This document shows positions 57,522 through 64,000 of a stretch of 64,000 bases of DNA, piece after piece (within the stretch, counting starts at the first letter, position 1; each line of letters begins with the position of its first letter). Source of the stretch: Polyangiales bacterium. GTDB lineage: Bacteria; Myxococcota_A; Polyangia; Polyangiales; Houyiibacteriaceae. The position numbers and the translations under genes are program-made. The DNA is taken from the NCBI GenBank assembly GCA_045106895.1, contig JBGCFM010000143.1, positions 1 through 64,000 on the forward strand, given 5' to 3'. Below the pieces are notes generated by a model that searched no databases, was not told where the DNA came from, and saw only the letters and a program-made list of their open reading frames with translations.

Positions 57522-58499
57522 TTAGAATGAAGCGCTGATGGTGGCCGCTCCTCCGCGGCCATCGGGCGTGGGTCCAATGCCCGCGCCGACGATACGAACA
57601 CGGCTATTGGCGGTGGCCGCGTCGCTGTTGAGGCGGTCGCGAAGCTCTCGATAGGCGGACCAGCGCCGCTCTGCGTCGCTGCGGGACGCGAGGCCCACGA
57701 CACCCGTGATCACGCTGATGCCGGCACCGATGAGGACGAAGTAGTCGAAGGCGCTGTCGAAGACGAAGCCCCGCGGGATGAAGTAGACCGGGAGCACGAG
57801 GGCGCCCGTGACAACGCTGATCGAGGCATCGAGGAGTCGGGACATTCGTGCGCGCCGTGCGATCTGCTCAAGGGCGCTTTCGCCAAACGCGAGGCGGGTT
57901 TCGACGTCTTCCAGGCTGCCCATCGGCATATGAGAGAACTCGATGGCGAGGCGTGGCGCTCGGGAGCGGAGCGCTAGATCGATAATGCCGCGGGTAATCC
58001 CGGCGGCGCCCCAGAGGTACAAGTACGATGCGAGGAGCTTGTCGCTTGAATGCACGAAGGCTCCGAGCCCAATGGAGAGGCCGCCGGACGTAATGGACAG
58101 GATGCCGTCGACGATGGAGCCGCGCCGAGCCGCAAGAGTTCGGAGAGAGCCGTCGAGGGCGCGCAAACGCGTCGCCGTCATGCTTGGGATGCGTAGGTCA
58201 GGCGAGTCCCCGGTGACAACGCCGGGGGCTGGGGCTTCGTAGCGGAGGCTCCCGTAGCCGGCGGGTTGCGCGGGTGGCGGAGGAACGTCGCCAAGTCCGG
58301 CCGCCGGAGTGGCGGGCTCACCTTCAGTGTCCGGGGTCGCGTCCGGCTCCGGCGTTTCTGCGTCCGAGGCTGGCGCCACGGCAGCCGGCGAAGGTGTGTT
58401 GTGTGCGTTTGGCGGCGCGCCCAGGCCGGACGCTCCCTCTTGGGCGTTCACTGCACTCGTCAAAAGGAGCATCGCTAGGGCAACAAAGAAGGCGCGCAT
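57522..58499 (-). CDS. exported/membrane hypothetical protein
   Basis: Signal peptide (VNA-Q), Pro-rich linker, four hydrophobic segments, C-terminal ...ISASF; TATACT 6 nt before the ATG. Confidence 0.7.
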   Translation of the reverse strand: MRAFFVALAMLLLTSAVNAQEGASGLGAPPNAHNTPSPAAVAPASDAETPEPDATPDTEGEPATPAAGLGDVPPPPAQPAGYGSLRYEAPAPGVVTGDSPDLRIPSMTATRLRALDGSLRTLAARRGSIVDGILSITSGGLSIGLGAFVHSSDKLLASYLYLWGAAGITRGIIDLALRSRAPRLAIEFSHMPMGSLEDVETRLAFGESALEQIARRARMSRLLDASISVVTGALVLPVYFIPRGFVFDSAFDYFVLIGAGISVITGVVGLASRSDAERRWSAYRELRDRLNSDAATANSRVRIVGAGIGPTPDGRGGAATISASF

Positions 58500-58572
58500 G
58501 GAACAAGTATAGGGCTCGATGCGCGAAGGCCCAAGGGCAGGGCCGACTTCGGGCGATGGAGGATCGAAAAGC

Positions 58573-59502
58573 CTAGGAACCCGACTCGCTTTCCGGCGAC
58601 TCGTCGAGTTCGCCGAGTCGGGTGCGCGCTTCCACCGACGAGGGATCGAGCGTCAGGGCGCGACGCAGCGCGCGAACCGCCGCTTGGCGTTGCCCTGAGC
58701 GCGCGAGGGCAAACCCAAGCGCGCGCTGGGCTTGCGCTTCTTCCTCTGTTTGACCCGCCGCCTGGATCCCTCGCCGGGCGAGGGCGACGGCGCGAGGGAC
58801 GTCGCCGTGCTCCAGAGCGACACGGGATGCCGAGCATAGGTCTCGGGGCTCCCCGAGTCTCAAGAGCTCCGCGATGGCGTCGTCGGCGCGGCCCGCGGCG
58901 TGAAACGCAAAGGCCAAGCGGCGACGGGCTTCGACGTCGTGGGTGGCGAGCTGAAGGCGGCTCTGAAGAAGCGCCACGGCGGGGCCGGGTAAGCCGCGGG
59001 CGAGATGCACTGAAGCGAGCTCGAGAAGTGTCGTGCGGTCCTGAGGCAGGATCCGTCGAGCCAGCTCGAGGGCTCGCTGAGCGTGCCCCAGCTCCCCACG
59101 GCGAACTCGTGCGCTCGCCAGCTGTCGGAGGAGCGCCGCTGCGGCTCGGTCTTGGCGCTGGGCCCACCGCGAGAGCAGCGCGTCGGCGGCGTTGAGGTCG
59201 CCGAGCACGAGTTGGGCTCGAGCGACGATGCGTGCTTCAAGGGCGTCTGCCGGGGCTGATAGATGCTGAAGCACGAAGCCCGCGTCCTCCGTGCGTGAGA
59301 ACGTCACGAGGAGTCGCTCCGCCGTCGCGAGCAGGAGCGGGCTCCGCTCGCGCTGAAACGGTCCATCGAAGAGACGGCGCACCCGCGCGGGCCGGTTGGC
59401 TTCGAAGGCGCGCTCGACGCGAGTCGTGAAGCGGAGCTCCGCTGGGGAGAGCTCACTTTCCTGCGCGACGGCCACGCCTTGGATGAGCATGAGCCCGAAC
59501 AC
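58573..59502 (-). CDS. exported TPR-repeat protein
   Basis: Signal-like AVA-Q; TPR motifs (ALELARRILPQD, ALRRALTLDPSSVEARTRL). Start uncertain (59502 or 59490). Confidence 0.7.
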   Translation of the reverse strand: MFGLMLIQGVAVAQESELSPAELRFTTRVERAFEANRPARVRRLFDGPFQRERSPLLLATAERLLVTFSRTEDAGFVLQHLSAPADALEARIVARAQLVLGDLNAADALLSRWAQRQDRAAAALLRQLASARVRRGELGHAQRALELARRILPQDRTTLLELASVHLARGLPGPAVALLQSRLQLATHDVEARRRLAFAFHAAGRADDAIAELLRLGEPRDLCSASRVALEHGDVPRAVALARRGIQAAGQTEEEAQAQRALGFALARSGQRQAAVRALRRALTLDPSSVEARTRLGELDESPESESGS

Positions 59503-59518
59503 GACGAGTGATCTCGCG

Positions 59519-59878
59519 CTACTCCCTGGCGTAGAAACGGAGCACCTTGCCTTCCTCGTCGAACTGAATGTCGGGGCGCAAAAAGATTGTCTGGCGATTG
59601 CAGTCGAGTAGGGCGAGGCGTTGCGTGCCCTGGATGGAGAACGCTCGTTCCTCGCCGGGGGCGACAACGTCATCCACATCCAGGCGGTCCATTCCGCCCC
59701 GGCTGTTTCGCGTCTTGACGTAGCAGATGACCTCTTCGGACTCGTTGAGGATGAGCAGCTGCTGGGGCGCCCCGGCGTAGAATTCGTTGGGGCGGTTCTG
59801 TTGGGTGGCGGCGCAGGCGGAAAAAGCCATCGCCAGCGCGGGCGGCCCTATCCAGGCGAGCTTGGGAGTGAGGGCCAC
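59519..59878 (-). CDS. small lipoprotein, hypothetical
   Basis: FSAC lipobox; ILNESEEVICYV...DRL...VVAPGEERAF...LLDC pattern; TATGCT 6 nt before the GTG. Confidence 0.7.
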   Translation of the reverse strand: MALTPKLAWIGPPALAMAFSACAATQQNRPNEFYAGAPQQLLILNESEEVICYVKTRNSRGGMDRLDVDDVVAPGEERAFSIQGTQRLALLDCNRQTIFLRPDIQFDEEGKVLRFYARE

Positions 59879-59935
59879 GCGCTCAGCATACTCGACGCTG
59901 GGGCCAGGCGCAGGTGGCGCCCATCTGCAGTGCGA

Positions 59936-61036
59936 TCAACGAAGGGCGCTAACGAAGCGACCAAAGAGGTGCTGGGCGTCGTGGGGGCCAGCCGCCGCTT
60001 CGGGGTGGTACTGAACGCTGAACGCCTGGTCCTCATCGCGTCGGATGCCCATGCAGGTGCCGTCGTTCAGGTGGACGTGGGTGAGTTCGCAGACCCCCTT
60101 GAGGGAGTCGATGTCCGCCACGAACCCGTGGTTCTGGGTCGTGATCTCGATGCTCCCGGTGGCGAGCTCCTTTACCGGCTGGTTGAGACCTCGATGCCCA
60201 AATTTGAGCTTGTAGGTAGTGCCTCCGAGGGCCAGGCAGAGCAGCTGGTGGCCGAGGCAGATGCCAAAGATCGGCTTCTTGCCGAGGAGTGCTCGAACGG
60301 TTTCAACGCCATAGTCGACGGCCGCAGGGTCGCCGGGACCGTTGGAGAGAAAAACGCCGTCAGGGTTCAGGGCAAGGATGTCCTCCGCCGACGTTCGCGA
60401 AGGAACCACAGTGACGCGGCAGCCGGCGTCGACGAGGGAGCGGAGAATGTTCCGCTTTACGCCGAAGTCCACGGCGACCACGTGGGGGCGTGGTCCTTCG
60501 CTGGACAGCACACGCCACTCTTCATCGCTTCCGTCGGTCCACTCGTAGGTCGCCTCGGTCGTGACGACGGCGCTCAGGTCGAGACCTTCCATGGGCGGCG
60601 CTGCTTTGGCGGCTTCGAGGAGCTCTGGAATGGACCCGGTTCCCATCGCAGCCATCTGCGCGCCGTGGTCGCGGATGTGACGGGTTAGGGAGCGGGTGTC
60701 GACGCCATCGACGGCGACGATGCCCCGATCCTTCAGGTAGTCTGGGAGGCTCTGTTTTGTACGCCAGTTGCTCGTCATCCGAGACATCTCATGGACGATG
60801 AAGCCGCTCAGGAAAGGTCTCTCCGCTTCGAGGTCGTCGCCGTTGACGCCGGTGTTTCCCATCTGCGGTGCCGTCATGGTGACGAGCTGACCGCAATACG
60901 AAGGATCCGAGAGGACCTCTTCATACCCAGTCATGCCGGTGGTGAACACCACTTCGCCGGTGGCGATACCGGGCGCACCGACGGCACGGGCCTCAAAGAC
61001 AGTGCCATCCGCCAAGACAATATGGGCTTCGGTCAT
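59936..61036 (-). CDS. carA: carbamoyl-phosphate synthase small subunit
   Basis: GEVVFTTGMTGY, DPSY, GVDTRSLT, DFGVKRNI, LSNGPGDP, GICLGHQ, TQNHGF, VQYHPEA. Confidence 0.97.
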   Translation of the reverse strand: MTEAHIVLADGTVFEARAVGAPGIATGEVVFTTGMTGYEEVLSDPSYCGQLVTMTAPQMGNTGVNGDDLEAERPFLSGFIVHEMSRMTSNWRTKQSLPDYLKDRGIVAVDGVDTRSLTRHIRDHGAQMAAMGTGSIPELLEAAKAAPPMEGLDLSAVVTTEATYEWTDGSDEEWRVLSSEGPRPHVVAVDFGVKRNILRSLVDAGCRVTVVPSRTSAEDILALNPDGVFLSNGPGDPAAVDYGVETVRALLGKKPIFGICLGHQLLCLALGGTTYKLKFGHRGLNQPVKELATGSIEITTQNHGFVADIDSLKGVCELTHVHLNDGTCMGIRRDEDQAFSVQYHPEAAAGPHDAQHLFGRFVSALR

Positions 61037-62331
61037 GTTTCTTTCCTCTGGTGGATAAGTTTGCCACGAACAATTGTGAAGCGGGCTGCGCCGCGTACGT
61101 TCTCCCCAAGGAAAGGCGTATTGGCGGACTTACTCATGAGCGTGGCTCGAGCCACCGTCCAGTCGTGGTCGGGGTCGATGACGGTCACGTCGCCTCGTTC
61201 GAAACCGGACTTTTGGCCGAGAAGAGCCGCCGCGCCGTCCCCTGCGGCTCGGAGAGTCGCTTCTCGCTCGAGCTCACCGCGTTCGATAAGCGCGCAAAGA
61301 CCCGGGGCGGCCAGCTCCAGGCCGATGACCCCGAAGCCGGCGCCTGCGAACTCACACGACTTCTCGAGGGCTGCGTGAGGCGCGTGGTCTGTCGCGATGG
61401 CGTCGATGGTCCCGTCGTTGACGGCTTCGCGGAGCTGTGCCCGATCCGTCTTGGAGCGGAGTGGAGGCACGACTTTGAATTGCGGGTCGAAATCGCGAAG
61501 CGCCTCGTCGCAGAAGGTCAGATGGTGAGGTGACACGTCGGCGCTGATGCGCATCTTCTCGGCTTTGGCGCGCCGAATGAGAGCGGCGCTCCGGCCACTC
61601 GACACGTGAGAGATATGCACCCGCGCGCCGGTCTCTGCGGCCAGCTCCAGCGCCGTCGCGACAGCGGAGACCTCGTCGGAAGCCGGAGAGCCAGGCAGCC
61701 CGAGCTCCGTGGATACGACGCCATCGTGCATCATGGCGCCTCGGACTTGACCACCGGCGTCGCAGTGCAGCGCAATGAGCAGATCGAATGTGCGGGCGTA
61801 TTCCATGGCCCGACGCAACAGAGCAAGGTCTCCGATGGCGGCGTAGTCGTCGCTGACTCCCACGATGCCGGCGGCCTTCATGTCCGCCATCTCGGCGAGC
61901 TCGCGGCCTTGGAGTCCCTTCGTGATGGCGCCAAAGGGCCAGAGACGGGCGCCGGACCCGGAAGCCCGGCTCATCATCTGCTCGGTCACGGCGCGGACAT
62001 CATGAACCGGCCGCGTAGAGGGGAGGGCACAGACAGCTGTATAGCCGCCGGCGGCTGCAGCGCTGAGACCGCTTTCGATGGTCTCCTTGTGCTCTTCGCC
62101 GGGCTCACGAAGGTGACTTCTCAGGTCTACCCAGCCGGGAGTAACCCAGCATCCTTCGCAGCTGAGGTCGACGGCGTCGGGCGAGACTGCCGTGCTCGCG
62201 ATGCGCTGAGCACCGTCCGACGACACAAGTAAATCCCCGAAAGAGCCAGGGGCTCCCGGGGTACCGGCGATCCAGCCACCACGCAGACGCAGCACGAGGA
62301 GTGGACTAACGGAGTGCTCGGCGCCCGTCAA
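61033..62331 (-). CDS. pyrC: dihydroorotase-family protein (multifunctional-complex type), possibly an inactive PyrC'-like subunit
   Basis: DLRSHLREPG, AAAGGYT, GAITKGLQG, SDD, HISHVS, PHHL, PPLR, IATDHAPH, SKSANTPF. The first His of HxH is Arg. Start uncertain (62331 or 62295). Confidence 0.85.
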   Translation of the reverse strand: MTGAEHSVSPLLVLRLRGGWIAGTPGAPGSFGDLLVSSDGAQRIASTAVSPDAVDLSCEGCWVTPGWVDLRSHLREPGEEHKETIESGLSAAAAGGYTAVCALPSTRPVHDVRAVTEQMMSRASGSGARLWPFGAITKGLQGRELAEMADMKAAGIVGVSDDYAAIGDLALLRRAMEYARTFDLLIALHCDAGGQVRGAMMHDGVVSTELGLPGSPASDEVSAVATALELAAETGARVHISHVSSGRSAALIRRAKAEKMRISADVSPHHLTFCDEALRDFDPQFKVVPPLRSKTDRAQLREAVNDGTIDAIATDHAPHAALEKSCEFAGAGFGVIGLELAAPGLCALIERGELEREATLRAAGDGAAALLGQKSGFERGDVTVIDPDHDWTVARATLMSKSANTPFLGENVRGAARFTIVRGKLIHQRKET

Positions 62332-62378
62332 CGACCTTGCCGCTCAAGAGCGACGAGTCGAGAGCGGGCGCACAGCCC

Positions 62379-62633
62379 TCAGCCGACCTGTCCCATGCCT
62401 TCATCATCTTCGGGTGCTTCAACACCCTCGATGAGGCCAACGGAGGACACGGCCTCTTCTTTGTCCTTCTTCTTCTTTTCCATGCGGGTCTTCATCGTGA
62501 TGACCTTCCGGTAAAGAGACGCGAAGTCTTTGTTGCGCGTGGCCATGCTTGGTGTGCCGCCGCGGAGAAGGGTCTGGAGGATGAACTCAAGGACCTGCAC
62601 TTCACCTTCGGAGAAGCTGTTGCTGATACGCAT
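62379..62633 (-). CDS. small hypothetical protein (84-96 aa): compact helical core plus Lys-rich and acidic tail
   Basis: MRISNSFSEGEVQVLEFILQTLLRGG...FASLYRKVITMKTRMEKKKKD with GC-typical codons. Start ATG 62633 or TTG 62669. Confidence 0.75.
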   Translation of the reverse strand: MRISNSFSEGEVQVLEFILQTLLRGGTPSMATRNKDFASLYRKVITMKTRMEKKKKDKEEAVSSVGLIEGVEAPEDDEGMGQVG

Positions 62634-62690
62634 GAGGGACGATCTATCAGCAGGCGTCTGAACTGACAATCGGTGACGGGTGATGTAGTG

Positions 62691-62705
62691 TCACATTTGT
62701 TGCCA
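62691..62705 (-). promoter_or_regulatory. imperfect sigma54 (-24/-12)-like promoter
   Basis: Minus strand TGGCAACAAATGTGA versus consensus TGGCAC-N5-TTGC; spacing correct but GA instead of GC at -12. Confidence 0.35.
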
Positions 62706-62825
62706 TACGTTGCTATTTGTTCCTTGGAAGTGTTTGTAATTACTCGTTAAGGGTGGCTGGAGAAAACTCACACGGCGATCGTGTTTCGTCGTCGCGATCC
62801 TTCAATGCGCTTTCCGATCGTTTGA

Positions 62826-62838
62826 CAACCCCTTGAAA
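62826..62838 (-). promoter_or_regulatory. IHF-like site
   Basis: Minus strand TTTCAAGGGGTTG versus WATCAANNNNTTR (one mismatch). Confidence 0.4.
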
Positions 62839-62908
62839 ATCCACGCTAATTCACCTGCGTGTTATCGCCCCTGATACCGATCGCACTGGCTCAGGACGAT
62901 CTCAACGC

Positions 62909-63022
62909 GGATCACGAATGATCCCCGTGGGATCATTTGTGATCCAAACGCGAGTATGGCGCGTTGGATCATGTTTGATCCGTGGGGTTCGCGCGCAAGC
63001 ACAAGGGGATCACGAATGATCC
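62909..63022. repeat. array of four perfect 16-bp palindromes GGATCA-N4-TGATCC
   Basis: 62909-24 (cgaa), 62930-45 (tttg), 62966-81 (tgtt), 63007-22 (cgaa). Confidence 0.92.
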
Positions 63023-63094
63023 GCGTCCCCACACGGGCGCTAGGCTCCCAGCGGCGCGCCCGAAGGCGCAGCGGGATGACTCTCGATGCGTCGG

Positions 63095-64000
63095 CTAGCG
63101 GTCGCCGGAGGTCACGCGGACGATTTCCGCGATGGTGGTGGTGCCGGCGTTGACTTTCTTCAGGCCCGCCATTCGAAGGCTGTCGACGCCGCCGCGGATC
63201 ATCTCGTCTTTGAGCTCTGCGGTGGAGGAGCCCATCAGCACCATTTCTTTGAGCCGGTCCGTGAAGGGCATGACCTCGTACAGAGCGACGCGGCCCTTGT
63301 ACCCACTGTCGCTGCAGGTTCGGCAGCCAGCGCCCTTGTAGGTCTTGACGTTCGGGAGGTCTTCTTGGCGGAAGCCCACGTCCAAGAGCGCCTGGGGCTC
63401 CGTGGGAACTTCGACCTTGCAGTCAGAGCATATCTTACGCGCGAGGCGCTGGGCGACGACGAGGTTGACGCTGGCGGTGACGAGGAAGGGCTCCACGCCC
63501 ATGTTGAGCAGGCGGGTGACGGTGCTCGGCGCGTCATTCGTGTGGAGCGTAGAGAGCACAAGGTGACCCGTAAGCGCGGCCTTGACGGCGATTTCCGCCG
63601 TCTCGAAGTCGCGAATCTCGCCGACCATGATGATGTCAGGGTCCTGACGCAGGAACGAGCGTAGAGCGCCAGCGAAGTTGAAACCGATAGCTTCTTGGAC
63701 CTGCACCTGGTTGATGCCGTTGAGGTTGAACTCAACGGGGTCTTCGGCGGTGCTGATGTTCGTATCCGAGGTGTTGAGCTCGGAGATGGCTGAATACAGC
63801 GTCGTCGTCTTGCCCGAACCCGTTGGGCCCGTGACCAGAACCATGCCGTAGGGCTGATGAATCTGCTCTTTGAAGGAGTCGAGGGCGTCTTGGTCGAAAC
63901 CCAGCTTCGTCATGTCGAGCTGGAGATTCGACTTGTCCAAGAGTCGAAGGACGATTTTCTCGCCGAAGAGCGTAGGAAGCGCGGAGACACGAAAGTCCAT
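63095..64000 (-). CDS. pilB: type IV-A pilus assembly ATPase PilB (3' part; continues beyond the window)
   Basis: DFRVS.LPT.FGEK.V.R.LD, GPTGSGKTT, TAEDPVE, LRQDPD, GEIRD, TGHLVLSTLHTND, QRLARKICSDC...GCRTC..GYKGR. Confidence 0.93.
   Translation of the reverse strand: MDFRVSALPTLFGEKIVLRLLDKSNLQLDMTKLGFDQDALDSFKEQIHQPYGMVLVTGPTGSGKTTTLYSAISELNTSDTNISTAEDPVEFNLNGINQVQVQEAIGFNFAGALRSFLRQDPDIIMVGEIRDFETAEIAVKAALTGHLVLSTLHTNDAPSTVTRLLNMGVEPFLVTASVNLVVAQRLARKICSDCKVEVPTEPQALLDVGFRQEDLPNVKTYKGAGCRTCSDSGYKGRVALYEVMPFTDRLKEMVLMGSSTAELKDEMIRGGVDSLRMAGLKKVNAGTTTIAEIVRVTSGDR

Noticed and set aside
62679..62695. GTGA...TCACA as a CRP-family site
   Set aside because: The spacer is 7 bp rather than 6, and it overlaps the sigma54-like candidate; too weak to call.
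62909..63022. Palindrome array as a mini-CRISPR
   Set aside because: Repeats are only 16 bp with variable centres and mixed orientation, spacers are 5/20/25 bp, and no cas genes are in the window.
62670..63094. GATC-rich intergenic region as oriC
   Set aside because: No convincing TTATCCACA DnaA boxes or AT-rich unwinding repeats, and no dnaA/dnaN/gidA neighbours.

Overview
GC-rich chromosomal window from a myxobacterium (Myxococcota, probably Polyangiales/Sandaracinaceae-like). This is inferred from the gene repertoire: eukaryote-like Ser/Thr kinases, FHA/GAF sigma54 activators, Cys-rich lipoproteins, a ZnR-GYF-TPR protein and a giant TPR protein. It holds about 50 genes. These include type IVa pilus genes (XRE regulator-pilMNOPQ-aroKB, plus the 3' end of pilB at the right edge), two kinase/sigma54-activator modules, a MoxR-DUF58-DUF4350 operon running into rsmA, and housekeeping genes (deoC, citrate synthase, apbE, thrC, atoE, scoAB, carA, pyrC-like, sppA). 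There is also a RecQ-PRTase (RqlH-like) helicase and many envelope lipoproteins. I saw no rRNA, tRNA, CRISPR array, transposase or prophage. The most notable signals are: (1) four perfect GGATCA-N4-TGATCC palindromes (62909-63022) inside a GATC-dense region, followed on the minus strand by IHF-like and sigma54-like motifs in front of an uncharacterised small gene; (2) a 35-bp AT-rich palindrome next to the promoter of the XRE-pilMNOPQ operon; (3) a dihydroorotase homologue lacking a Zn-ligand His, with no pyrB beside it; (4) a -10 hexamer 6-7 nt before many start codons, suggesting leaderless mRNAs; (5) a 54-aa gene missed by the ORF track; (6) a nested perfect-DNA tandem repeat in a 2064-aa TPR protein. 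All family calls are motif recognition by eye, not database results, and many start codons are best guesses.
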